DNA of 32,000 nucleotides from Caedibacter taeniospiralis (GTDB lineage Bacteria; Pseudomonadota; Gammaproteobacteria; Francisellales; Francisellaceae), in NCBI RefSeq assembly GCF_002803295.2, contig NZ_PGGB02000004.1, forward strand, positions 8,841-40,840, given 5' to 3'. The notes beneath the pieces were generated by a model. The model searched no databases. It was not told the DNA's origin and worked only from the letters and a program-made list of their open reading frames with translations. This document shows, piece after piece, positions 17,688 to 26,806 of this stretch. The translations under genes and the position numbers were made by a program. The number at the start of each line of letters is the position of its first letter. The first letter of the stretch is position 1.

Positions 17688-18875
17688 TTAGTTTATTTCT
17701 GCCGATATCTCTGTTGGATCAGCTTGAGTTTGAGGTCCCATATAATAATCACAAAATGTGTTAAGCACCTTTTCATCGCGCTTTGTTATATCAAAAATAT
17801 CGCTTAATTTCTTGCGCGCGTCTTCTGAAAACACAAAATTTCCTTGTTCATCTTTTTGCTCAATCATCGGCTTGGCATTGATTAAATAACCTCTTTTAAA
17901 CCAGTCATCTGCCATTTTTTCATATTTGGGATAATCTAAAAACTCATCATCTTTATTGTTGTCTTTCTTTTTATATATTGGCGCCAATTTGTCAAAAGTA
18001 ACCTTAGGCGCTCCCCATTGTGGTCTACTTGGCTTTGTATTTTCTTTTTTCTTGGAGGATGGGCTGGTAGGTTGAGATACAGGTTGATTTTTATTGTCTG
18101 CCTGCTGTGTCTTTTGTGTCACAATACCTAACATTTGCTTTGCAATTTGGTATTTTTCTTCTGGAGTTTTAGCATCCTTTATCGCATCTACAACACTTGC
18201 TTTTAGGTTCGCTTTAGTATTGGCACGTAGTATATCAGCAGTCTCTAACAAGCGTTTTGAAAACTCCACAGCATCACCATCGGATGTAATATCGGTCGTA
18301 CCGTCGTTGTTTTGTGTGAACGTGTACTTCGTTTGACCAGCTGCCAAGGTGTAAATCGTCGTGCTATTTTTGCTATCTTTCTTAAACTTTTTAAGCTCAA
18401 ACGATTCTCTGGTATTATCTGCCGCATTTTCTTTTAAACGTGCATTTAAAACCTCAACAAATGATTTAGCTTCCTTTTCTGTGTTGATATGTTTGAAGTG
18501 AGTTAGCTTGGCAAAGTTATAATTCACATCCTCTTGAAACTCAATTTTATTTTCATCACTTTTCCAGCCATTCCCAAATATCGCTTTAAGTTCAGCTTCC
18601 GTCAACTGCAGCTTGACCAGCGTAAGCGTTTTATTTTCTTCTTTTAATAATTGCTGGCGATTTTTTTTATCTAACCCTGCAATATTAAGTAAATAAGCTT
18701 CCTTGTCCTTAAGATTCTGTTGAATATAGTTTTTGCCATAAAACTCGGTTGCTTTCACTACATGAATATCATACTTGCCCTCTACCCCTTTTACTTCTAC
18801 TGCATATACGATAGCATTAGTTTTATCCATTGGCTTTTGATTTTTCACGGGCTGTACTTTGGAATTGCTTGGCAT
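17688..18875 (-). CDS. Uncharacterised 395-aa hydrophilic protein (possible secreted substrate)
   Basis: Complete ORF, no TM or signal, lysine-rich, low-complexity linker (QNKPVSQPTSPSSKKKENTKPSRPQ). Confidence 0.55.
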   Translation of the reverse strand: MPSNSKVQPVKNQKPMDKTNAIVYAVEVKGVEGKYDIHVVKATEFYGKNYIQQNLKDKEAYLLNIAGLDKKNRQQLLKEENKTLTLVKLQLTEAELKAIFGNGWKSDENKIEFQEDVNYNFAKLTHFKHINTEKEAKSFVEVLNARLKENAADNTRESFELKKFKKDSKNSTTIYTLAAGQTKYTFTQNNDGTTDITSDGDAVEFSKRLLETADILRANTKANLKASVVDAIKDAKTPEEKYQIAKQMLGIVTQKTQQADNKNQPVSQPTSPSSKKKENTKPSRPQWGAPKVTFDKLAPIYKKKDNNKDDEFLDYPKYEKMADDWFKRGYLINAKPMIEQKDEQGNFVFSEDARKKLSDIFDITKRDEKVLNTFCDYYMGPQTQADPTEISAEIN

Positions 18876-18907
18876 AGATATCCTCTTAAATAGTCTTTAA
18901 CAAATTA

Positions 18908-19204
18908 TTATTTTTTTGGCGTGTTAGTATTATCCTGCGCATCACCTGAATCAGTATTAAACATATTATCAGGATATGTTTTATTGCGGGCTATTTGGGC
19001 TTGGGATATTTGGGCTGGTGTCAGATTGTGCCAATTATTGCCTGACTGAGCGCTAAGACCATCTTGCACGAGACCAGAAGTACTTTTCAATGTCTCTTGT
19101 AATGCAACATAAGCCGCCATATCTGCTATGATATTGACCTGATATCGCTCATTTTCTTTTGCTGTTAACGCTGAAGCGTTTTTCTTTTCTTTATGTTCAC
19201 TCAC
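18908..19204 (-). CDS. Uncharacterised 98-aa hydrophilic protein
   Basis: ORF aligned with the surrounding minus-strand genes, low-complexity C-terminus. Confidence 0.45.
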   Translation of the reverse strand: MSEHKEKKNASALTAKENERYQVNIIADMAAYVALQETLKSTSGLVQDGLSAQSGNNWHNLTPAQISQAQIARNKTYPDNMFNTDSGDAQDNTNTPKK

Positions 19205-19345
19205 AATTTTCCCCTGGAGCGTTTTGATTTACTACATCACCATTATAAAAGCATTATGCCAAGGAGACTATAGCATTACCCTAGATTCATCAAATTGTTG
19301 AGTTTTTAATTAATCACTACAATTATTGTAACCTGTAGTTAATGA

Positions 19346-20152
19346 TTAAAATGTGCCCTCTAAGATGGTACTGACTGAGTCAGTACCCACAGTCACCCAA
19401 GGGCAGGAGCTCGTGCCATAACCTTTGGATTGGCAAATAAAAACAATCGCAGCTTTGTCTTTGATATAGCGTGCTTCGGTACCCATATTGCAAGACAAAG
19501 AGCCAGCTTTGATCTCCATGCCGCTGTCCAATCTTAAACGGCATAAGTCAGGCGAATTTGCAAAGCCTATGCTTAAATAATTATCATCACCCCACTTACT
19601 GCATGGATTAGTATAATAGCCACCGCCTAAGCGTACTGCATGTTGATCACATGCCGTTATATTAAGACCTCCCAAACCCAATGAAATAAACTTGTAGGGG
19701 AAAAAATTTGTTTTCAATTTGACAACTACCGTTAACCTTTCAGGATCCCCCCTATCATCAATGCTATCTGAGACAGCCAGCAAATTATCATCTGAATTAG
19801 TTGATGAGCTAAATCCATAAACACCTGTGCTGGAATGTCGATCCATATTAAAATAGGCTGATGCTTGATACTTTGAAAACTGACTGCTTTGATAAATTAC
19901 CTGTCCGCTAACACGTGTATCTCCTCCTGGTCCGCTTGCTGCATTTATTCTAATTGCTGGACTTTTTTTGTTTCCTGCAACACTGGCACTAAAGCCACTA
20001 CTGTCAAATGAGCCACGAGACAAGTAGTATGAAACATAGTTTAAATCCCATGGGGTCTGATTATCAATGGTAATATAATAATCTGTTTTTGCAAAAACAA
20101 TTACAGGTGGTACACAGAGTAAAGCACCAATCAATTTATTTATTCTTCTCAT
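19346..20152 (-). CDS. Uncharacterised secreted protein adjacent to dotA
   Basis: Signal peptide MRRINKLIGALLCVPPVIVFAKT, then a Ser/Gly/Tyr-rich domain with several Cys (ITACDQ..TNPCSKW...DLCRL...LSCN..VFICQSKGYGTSSCPW). Confidence 0.6.
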   Translation of the reverse strand: MRRINKLIGALLCVPPVIVFAKTDYYITIDNQTPWDLNYVSYYLSRGSFDSSGFSASVAGNKKSPAIRINAASGPGGDTRVSGQVIYQSSQFSKYQASAYFNMDRHSSTGVYGFSSSTNSDDNLLAVSDSIDDRGDPERLTVVVKLKTNFFPYKFISLGLGGLNITACDQHAVRLGGGYYTNPCSKWGDDNYLSIGFANSPDLCRLRLDSGMEIKAGSLSCNMGTEARYIKDKAAIVFICQSKGYGTSSCPWVTVGTDSVSTILEGTF

Positions 20153-20213
20153 TATTCTTACCTTCCTATTTCGTAATTCTTAAAAAATTTAAACCAATTT
20201 GAAGTTTTGCTTT

Positions 20214-23189
20214 TTAATTACTTGGGTTGTTTGGGTTAACAGGGTTATTAAGGTGCGCGCCATTTCCGCCCTTTCCGCCGCCGCCTTTCTGGCTCTTATG
20301 ATATTTGTAATTATCCACAGCACTGGCAACATGTCCAGCGCTAGATCCGAGGTTTTGCACTCCGTGCATTTGCTCTTGGCGACCTTGATTATGTTTCTCC
20401 ACCGTTTGTGTACCCGCTTGTGCCATACCTTGAGCATGTTGCGTGGTTGATGATTTCATCTCCTGCATATCCTGCTCACCAGCACGCTCATTATGCGTGC
20501 CACCAACCCAATGGAGGATTTTATCAGGCAGAATATAAATCAATGAAAAGCATTTATAAAAAGCCAGGCTAATGAAGCTTGCATACATGAACACCAGCAA
20601 AATGTTTAAGGATCCAGTGACATAACTGTCACTGGATGTGCCGTAGACATTGCTGATTTGCGTTGCTACGGCATGGAAGCCTTTTGCCGAAATCGCAATC
20701 ACCAAATAGGTTAAAATAATCCCCGTAATTAAGCCACATATCATAAGCACTGGTCTTAAGACGAGATTTAACATAATTTGAATCGCGGGCTCCGCTTTAC
20801 CATACACCTCATGTCCTTCCGGATACACAAGTCCCAAAGCAACAACAGGAGCCGCGACTAGTGCTTCAATAATGAGTAACAACCAGGCAATTTTCCCCGC
20901 CCAAAATAGAATAAACGGCGTCATCGGAATAACAAGGGCAAATAAAACCGCATTGGTAAACAGGGTTACCAACACAAAAAACACCAGTGGTAACCATATT
21001 AATGACATGGTTAGATTCGTCATTGTGATAAAAGTTGCCAGTTGCGCACCAAAATCGCCAATCGAAGAAATCACACCAGGCAATCCAGGTGTAAAATAAC
21101 TGAGAGCCGCAGCACCTAATGCTGCGCTTTTTGATACTCCTTGAATGGTACTCACCTCTATTACAACATCAGTTAACGCTTTATCTGCTTTTTTGGTAAT
21201 AGCCGTCAAGGTATCCACAACCATTTTAATGAGTGACTGCCCCACTCCCTGGACCTGTCTTAATGCTGAAAACGCATTGGTCATCTCGGCACCAGGACTT
21301 GCTGACTCGCCAATATTATAAATCTGGCTTAAAACTCCACCTGCACTGGCATCAAGACTCATTTTTTGGAAAATACCATCAACAAAGCTCTCGGCAGGAG
21401 AGGCAATATCAGCAACGACTGCGCCTTCATGGAAAAAGCCTACGCTATTTAACTGAAACAGACGAACGAGCGCTAGAAATTGCGTGACATAGCTAAGCTT
21501 TGAGGTTGCTGTTGTTCCTGCTTTACTATTAGTAAGTGCTGTTTGAATCACCAAAAAGTATTTACCAATATCGGATGAAATCGACGAGGGAACAACAGCA
21601 TCGATTAAATCCTTACAGCTAAAACCTTCGATAATATGCTTATCTGGACCAAAAAGAGACTGATATTGCGCTTTACACTTATCATCACCACTGCCATCCT
21701 TATTTGCTTCATAAAAAACATCGACCATCTGCTGCTTAAGCTGACTAAGATCTAACTGAATAAACTTATCTGTTTGATCTTTTTCGGTAAAATCTGCTAA
21801 TGGAACCTCTTTTTTGTGCTGAGGATTTTTCTCATCCTCTGAAGTATCGGGGTAAATGCTGTATTTAAGAGAGTCATTAACCGCATTATCAACCAAACTG
21901 TTAAGGCTGTTACGATTTTCCAGATACTGTAGCGTCACTCCCACTTTAGAAATGCTGATCTGACTTTGCTGGTTGTTATACAGCAGGTCATCAAAGATCG
22001 CAAAAGAAGTGTGAAATGCCTTTAACACATCTTCAAAATTACCATCTAACTTAAAATACTTTTGATCTGCATTCCACCAATCATTTTCAGGCTTCTCTTT
22101 CTCCTCCTCTGTCTTGCTCTTTTCTGGATCAGGGTTTTTGACTGCTTTCTTTAATTCATTTTGAAATCCTCTAGCAATCGCCTGAGACAAGGTCGCAATG
22201 ACGTTTGCATCGCCTGGCAAGTGGCTCGCAATACTCATACTATTGTTATAAATAGCCATAATACTATTGACCATGTCTGGACAAGAACGTGGCTGCGGTC
22301 CTTTATCCGTTTGTTCGACATAGCAGTAAGACCCCAACGCTTGAGATACTTTAGTCTGATCAGGTTCAGCAATAGGTAATCTAAAGACATAATGATTAAT
22401 AATTTTATAAATATCATATTGGACATAGTCATCTTGCTCAATCAGCGACCATTGCCGCATACCCTGTTTAAGGCGCTCAATATTGCCCGTGTTAACCGTG
22501 GCTTTACCCTTATCATCTTTGGCAACATAAATATCGTCTAGCTGCCCTTTATCATCAATTATCTTTCGAATGTTGGTCTCGATTTTCATCGCTGCCTGCA
22601 CTACAGACATCTGATCCAGCTTAGGAGTGTCATAGGCATCATATTTATCATTCCCTGCCGATTGTTGAGCCAGCGTTTTCAGCATATCTGCTGAAAATCC
22701 AGCTAAAAGGTACAAGGCAATATCCGTTTTTACCCCGTCTGCGATATCATAGCTCATCACAGGTGGCACCTTATCTTGATCCAGCATTGCATAGGTACCC
22801 TGCCACACATGATTTGCAAACTGAATACTGACAGATACCATTAAAAAAATCAGATATTGCGCCAGGCAAAAACCTGATTTTAACGGAATAGCAGCAGTTG
22901 AGCCCATAATAACCCGCAAAGGGATCCAGTAGGAACTCCAGTTCTTACCCAAAAAGGTACCATCTTTTGCCGTGTTAATTGTGCCAATCACCAGGATAAA
23001 AGCATAAATGGCAATTACCGCCATCAAAATGCCGCCATTAAAATAATAAATCAGCGACCTAAATGCCGCATCTGCCGTCGATCCAGACAAGGCTGCGGAT
23101 GCTGACGTATTGCTATCGACAGGCGAAAGCGCAAAAAGCTGATTTAAAACCTGCCAGGCACTCCAGTTCTCGGTTATCCCCGTTGCCAT
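20214..23189 (-). CDS. dotA: Dot/Icm polytopic membrane protein DotA (TraY-like)
   Basis: 991 aa with N-terminal TMs, a large periplasmic loop and C-terminal TMs (WLPLVFFVLVTLFTNAVLFALVIPMTPFILFWAGKIAWLLLIIEALVAAPVVALGLVYPEGHEVYGKAEPAIQIMLNLVLRPVLMICG), the hallmark of DotA/TraY. Confidence 0.92.
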   Translation of the reverse strand: MATGITENWSAWQVLNQLFALSPVDSNTSASAALSGSTADAAFRSLIYYFNGGILMAVIAIYAFILVIGTINTAKDGTFLGKNWSSYWIPLRVIMGSTAAIPLKSGFCLAQYLIFLMVSVSIQFANHVWQGTYAMLDQDKVPPVMSYDIADGVKTDIALYLLAGFSADMLKTLAQQSAGNDKYDAYDTPKLDQMSVVQAAMKIETNIRKIIDDKGQLDDIYVAKDDKGKATVNTGNIERLKQGMRQWSLIEQDDYVQYDIYKIINHYVFRLPIAEPDQTKVSQALGSYCYVEQTDKGPQPRSCPDMVNSIMAIYNNSMSIASHLPGDANVIATLSQAIARGFQNELKKAVKNPDPEKSKTEEEKEKPENDWWNADQKYFKLDGNFEDVLKAFHTSFAIFDDLLYNNQQSQISISKVGVTLQYLENRNSLNSLVDNAVNDSLKYSIYPDTSEDEKNPQHKKEVPLADFTEKDQTDKFIQLDLSQLKQQMVDVFYEANKDGSGDDKCKAQYQSLFGPDKHIIEGFSCKDLIDAVVPSSISSDIGKYFLVIQTALTNSKAGTTATSKLSYVTQFLALVRLFQLNSVGFFHEGAVVADIASPAESFVDGIFQKMSLDASAGGVLSQIYNIGESASPGAEMTNAFSALRQVQGVGQSLIKMVVDTLTAITKKADKALTDVVIEVSTIQGVSKSAALGAAALSYFTPGLPGVISSIGDFGAQLATFITMTNLTMSLIWLPLVFFVLVTLFTNAVLFALVIPMTPFILFWAGKIAWLLLIIEALVAAPVVALGLVYPEGHEVYGKAEPAIQIMLNLVLRPVLMICGLITGIILTYLVIAISAKGFHAVATQISNVYGTSSDSYVTGSLNILLVFMYASFISLAFYKCFSLIYILPDKILHWVGGTHNERAGEQDMQEMKSSTTQHAQGMAQAGTQTVEKHNQGRQEQMHGVQNLGSSAGHVASAVDNYKYHKSQKGGGGKGGNGAHLNNPVNPNNPSN

Positions 23190-23650
23190 TATTTGACTCC
23201 TCTCATTAAATCACTAAACCACTCTTTAAAGGTGCAACCTAATTTCTTCCTTAATAATTGATAGCGCCAAAAATGATATTTAAAGGCATTAGCCAGCAGC
23301 AGCAATAAAACTGATATTCCGACTAATCCAATTAAGATATACCCCTGAGTAAACAAATACAGTGCATAGAAATAATCAACTGCCGCGAGCAACAAACACA
23401 TGCGTAATAAAAATGTAAATTTTTTAATGATATAAAGGCTTTGTGTATGATCAACCCCGATCTCTGCTAAATCTTCATAGGACATTTCACGCTTAGCTTT
23501 TTTTAGCCTAAACAGGTTTTTAAAACTATTGCCAATAAACTGGTGCTGTTTCTGAAATGCGTCCACCAGAAACATTTTTTTGGTGCGACGAAATCTGATT
23601 TTATTTTTCTTGTCTTTTATCTTTTTCATACCAGGCTTCTCAATCTTCAT
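23189..23650 (-). CDS. icmV: Dot/Icm protein IcmV (TraX-like)
   Basis: Two central TMs and C-terminal FKYHFWRYQLLRKKLGCTFKEWFSDLMRG, matching the IcmV pattern. TAATG overlap with dotA. Confidence 0.85.
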   Translation of the reverse strand: MKIEKPGMKKIKDKKNKIRFRRTKKMFLVDAFQKQHQFIGNSFKNLFRLKKAKREMSYEDLAEIGVDHTQSLYIIKKFTFLLRMCLLLAAVDYFYALYLFTQGYILIGLVGISVLLLLLANAFKYHFWRYQLLRKKLGCTFKEWFSDLMRGVK

Positions 23651-23720
23651 TTTTGTGTTTTAAATCTCAGTAATGGCACTAAGTTAAGCGATAACAACAT
23701 CCCAACCACTGCTTGCGTAA

Positions 23721-24359
23721 CTAATTCCCATCATTGAGTTGAATAATCTGTGCAATCCCAAAATACTGACCTTTTGCCAAATCTGTCATCCTGCTATTTT
23801 CTTGAACAGTTAATTTCAAAAGGATATGGTGATTGGCAATCTCTTGCCCCTTAGAAAAAGTCACCAGCATTGGGACTTGTATCTGCCAGCTCCTGACACC
23901 CGCAATATGCCCCACCGCCGTAATGACTGGCACACCGTCTAAAGCAGCCTTTGCCACCATTTTTTGTGCAACAACCTGATCCACCGTACCTTTGAACACT
24001 TCATTAAATGCCTGCCATCCCTGCTCAGTAAACAAATATTTAAGATTTAAAATTTCCTCTTTATAATTCAGAAAATCAAACTTATATAAATCTGCCACAT
24101 TTTGACTCACCCAATTCACCAGCATGGTCTCGCTAACCACCACTTTTTTAGGCAAATTAAGCGCCTTAACGATGCCCTGATCATTCACAGCGAGAAAATA
24201 TAACCGCTCCTCCTTATGGCTATACCATAAACCGACGACCAAAATAACATTTAATACCACGCTAAAAAGCAGGACTTTAATCATTAATCTAAAGTTACTT
24301 TTGTAAAATTCAGCCTTTTCGGTAATCACCTTTAACACATTAGTCTGCATAATCTTCAT
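23721..24359 (-). CDS. dotI: Dot/Icm protein DotI/IcmL (TraM-like)
   Basis: 212 aa, one N-terminal TM, then VSQNVADLYKFDFLNYKEEILNLKYLFTEQGWQAFNEVF...SWQIQVPMLVTF. Confidence 0.88.
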   Translation of the reverse strand: MKIMQTNVLKVITEKAEFYKSNFRLMIKVLLFSVVLNVILVVGLWYSHKEERLYFLAVNDQGIVKALNLPKKVVVSETMLVNWVSQNVADLYKFDFLNYKEEILNLKYLFTEQGWQAFNEVFKGTVDQVVAQKMVAKAALDGVPVITAVGHIAGVRSWQIQVPMLVTFSKGQEIANHHILLKLTVQENSRMTDLAKGQYFGIAQIIQLNDGN

Positions 24360-24837
24360 CCACCATTTTACTTAGCGTCGCCTCAATGCTTGATAAACGC
24401 GACTCACTACACACTCTTGCTAAAATCAAATTTTTTTCAAATGCCATACAACGTTTATGCAGTGCCACATAACCAGGATCGCTACTTAATTTTTGGTAAA
24501 CCTGTTGAAATAAAGTACTGTTTTTTTTGTTGATATTTTGCATAAAGTACATCATCAGTGCTGTTGGTAATTTATTACACAAACGAATCAGCGCTTCCGT
24601 GTACTCATCTGTGGGAGACTCATGCTGATAAGCATCTACGCAAACCTCGTGAAACTCTGCGTAAAAAATATTTGACAGCTCAATCTGACTTGCCTCCTTT
24701 TCCTTAATGTCATATACCGTCAGCATATCAATGAGCTCACGCTTACCAAATCCATGCCAATAGTTAATAATTTCACTTCTAAAATGATGAAACTCACTGC
24801 CATTAGTCACTGTTGACGCTCCTATAATATTGTTCAA
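24340..24837 (-). CDS. Uncharacterised soluble protein between dotO and dotI
   Basis: 165 aa, overlaps both neighbours, no TM or signal. Confidence 0.55.
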   Translation of the reverse strand: MNNIIGASTVTNGSEFHHFRSEIINYWHGFGKRELIDMLTVYDIKEKEASQIELSNIFYAEFHEVCVDAYQHESPTDEYTEALIRLCNKLPTALMMYFMQNINKKNSTLFQQVYQKLSSDPGYVALHKRCMAFEKNLILARVCSESRLSSIEATLSKMVDEDYAD

Positions 24838-26671
24838 TAAAGTTTACCACCAACCCATCAGCAATCTCTTTGACTGACTTATCCACCTGTAAATTCGATT
24901 GCGTTTCAAGATAAGCCTTGGCACTACCTGTTGGGAAATATTGTGCCAAAATGGACAAACCAGGCACGATCCCGATATGCCCTGATAACTTTTCCTTTAA
25001 ATAGCAATCTTCTGCGGTTGTAGTAAATAACCATATTTCATAAGCGCTTAAACTCAAATTCAGTAACTGCGTATTGATCCCGCTGACCGTATGAAACTGC
25101 CCGATAAAATTCATGCCATCACTGCTTGGACCGTGTACTGAATATTTTAGTGCCGAAGCCTCCGTCTCATTTAGGCCAAAATGAGCGCTCGTTGCTTCCA
25201 ATGTACTTTGGTTGCCACCGCTTAGAATAAAAATTGAAGTCGCAAATTCAAGCATGGTATGGCTAAAATCGCTTAAAGATTGCGAGGCTAAGGCAATTTG
25301 CACATTGTGCTTTCTTCCCTCACGCATATCAGTCAGCACTTGCCTTAAAATAGGCGCACAACCACGGGTCCGATGAAACTCATCAAACACAATGCGCTTA
25401 GGGATATTGTGTAACTCCTGGAGCTTTTGCTTGTGATAGCTTTGATAGCCTTCTGCCAGCTGCTCTAAATCCTGCAACTTAACAAAAAAGTAACTCGCCG
25501 TTAAATGACGCACCAACATATAGGCAATGACCGAAATTCGTGCATCATTGGCAGAAACCGCTGACATCACGGATGCTAAATCAAAGGCAACCACTTTCGC
25601 ATCAACATCTAATTTTGTCACAAGATTTAATGAAGGAAGATTTTTAATTGTGGTTGTTATGTTGCGGCAAAAGTATTGGATATAGCTCTCGCTGCTTGCT
25701 AAATTTAGGCTCTTATACAGATCTGCAACAGCGGTTTGGTTGACTGCATTAATTAAATCAGATAACAATGGCATCGCATAATGCTGCGCCTTTTGTGCCG
25801 CTGTAAGCTCGTGTTGTGTAAACAATATATCGGTTATTTGCCACCAGGATTTGCCTTGTGTGTCGATATTCAACTGCTGGAGCACCTGATCAATTTGTTG
25901 ATTAATCCCTGCTTGATAGAGCTTGGGCTGACGCGCATCACTCATGAGTTTATAAACCTCATCAATCACCAGACTCAGCATTGCCTCCATGCCATCTGGT
26001 AGTGAAGCTTCTATATTTTCCAGCAATAATGCACTCAAAAAATTCACTAGAAATGATTTATGTGCATGCCCTGGAAAACGGGCACCCAAGTGTGTATCAA
26101 AAGGGTTAATCGCATCGGCATGACTAAATGTAAACTGATAGTGCTCGGCAATGCTGTTACCGCCAACCTCCTTTAACAAATCAATAATACCCTTAGACGA
26201 AGCCCCAATATCTAAAATGGAAATATAGGGTAATGCTTCTAATCCTTGGCGCAAACAGGCAGATAAATTAAGTGAATTTAACAACACCGATTTACCTGAA
26301 CCAGATCGCGCATAAATAAGCTCAATCCAGCTGACTTGTTTGGATGAACCGCTTTGATAAGGCCACAACTTACCATCGGGTGTGCGAAATAAGGCTGCTC
26401 CATGATCCCAGGAAATGGCAGGTCGAAAAAATGGCATAAGCTGGATCGCATCATTTAGTGGCGCTCCAACAGCACAAGGAAACCCTTGACGATTTAATGC
26501 CAGCAAACTTGACTGAACCACCTCAAATGGATCACCAAAGTTTTCTGTGGTTTGCGCACCACCCCAGGCTTGAACTGCCTTATGTAAAGCAGCTTTACGC
26601 TTCTGGAAGGTTGCAACGTCTGACTTGTGTGCCCAGGTCACTAAGTTGACAGATAGTCTGACCACGGGCAT
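24803..26671 (-). CDS. dotO: Dot/Icm ATPase DotO/IcmB, C-terminal part
   Basis: VirB4-like ATPase: Walker A IYARSGSGKSVLLNSLN, ISILDIGASSKGIIDLL, PKRIVFDEFHRTRGCAPILRQVLTDMREGRKHNVQIALASQ. The frame is open upstream to the TGA at 26804-26806. Confidence 0.93.
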   Translation of the reverse strand: MPVVRLSVNLVTWAHKSDVATFQKRKAALHKAVQAWGGAQTTENFGDPFEVVQSSLLALNRQGFPCAVGAPLNDAIQLMPFFRPAISWDHGAALFRTPDGKLWPYQSGSSKQVSWIELIYARSGSGKSVLLNSLNLSACLRQGLEALPYISILDIGASSKGIIDLLKEVGGNSIAEHYQFTFSHADAINPFDTHLGARFPGHAHKSFLVNFLSALLLENIEASLPDGMEAMLSLVIDEVYKLMSDARQPKLYQAGINQQIDQVLQQLNIDTQGKSWWQITDILFTQHELTAAQKAQHYAMPLLSDLINAVNQTAVADLYKSLNLASSESYIQYFCRNITTTIKNLPSLNLVTKLDVDAKVVAFDLASVMSAVSANDARISVIAYMLVRHLTASYFFVKLQDLEQLAEGYQSYHKQKLQELHNIPKRIVFDEFHRTRGCAPILRQVLTDMREGRKHNVQIALASQSLSDFSHTMLEFATSIFILSGGNQSTLEATSAHFGLNETEASALKYSVHGPSSDGMNFIGQFHTVSGINTQLLNLSLSAYEIWLFTTTAEDCYLKEKLSGHIGIVPGLSILAQYFPTGSAKAYLETQSNLQVDKSVKEIADGLVVNFIEQYYRSVNSD

Positions 26672-26803
26672 GTCCGTATTTGCCTGAATATGCTTTAATA
26701 AATCATGCGCATGACAAATGAGTTTATTTTCGTATGAACTAAAGGTTAAAAACTGCGCAAGAAGCGCCTTAACCTGACTGATTTTAATCCCGTTAGGCGC
26801 TAA

Positions 26804-26806
26804 TCA
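26804..26806 (-). other. dotO: In-frame TGA codon interrupting dotO/icmB
   Basis: Reverse complement reads ...cag ctt ccc tgg caa atc tgt ttc TGA tta gcg cct aac ggg att aaa..., with no other stop from 27757 to 24803. Confidence 0.92.

Noticed and set aside
21233-21487. Short overlapping minus-strand ORF inside dotA, with similar ones such as 8629..8892 and 9556..9792 inside dotL
   Set aside because: They are alternative frames within clearly recognised long genes and have no family signature.
26458-26649. Plus-strand ORF opposite the dotO ATPase start region
   Set aside because: Antisense to conserved DotO coding sequence with no independent evidence.
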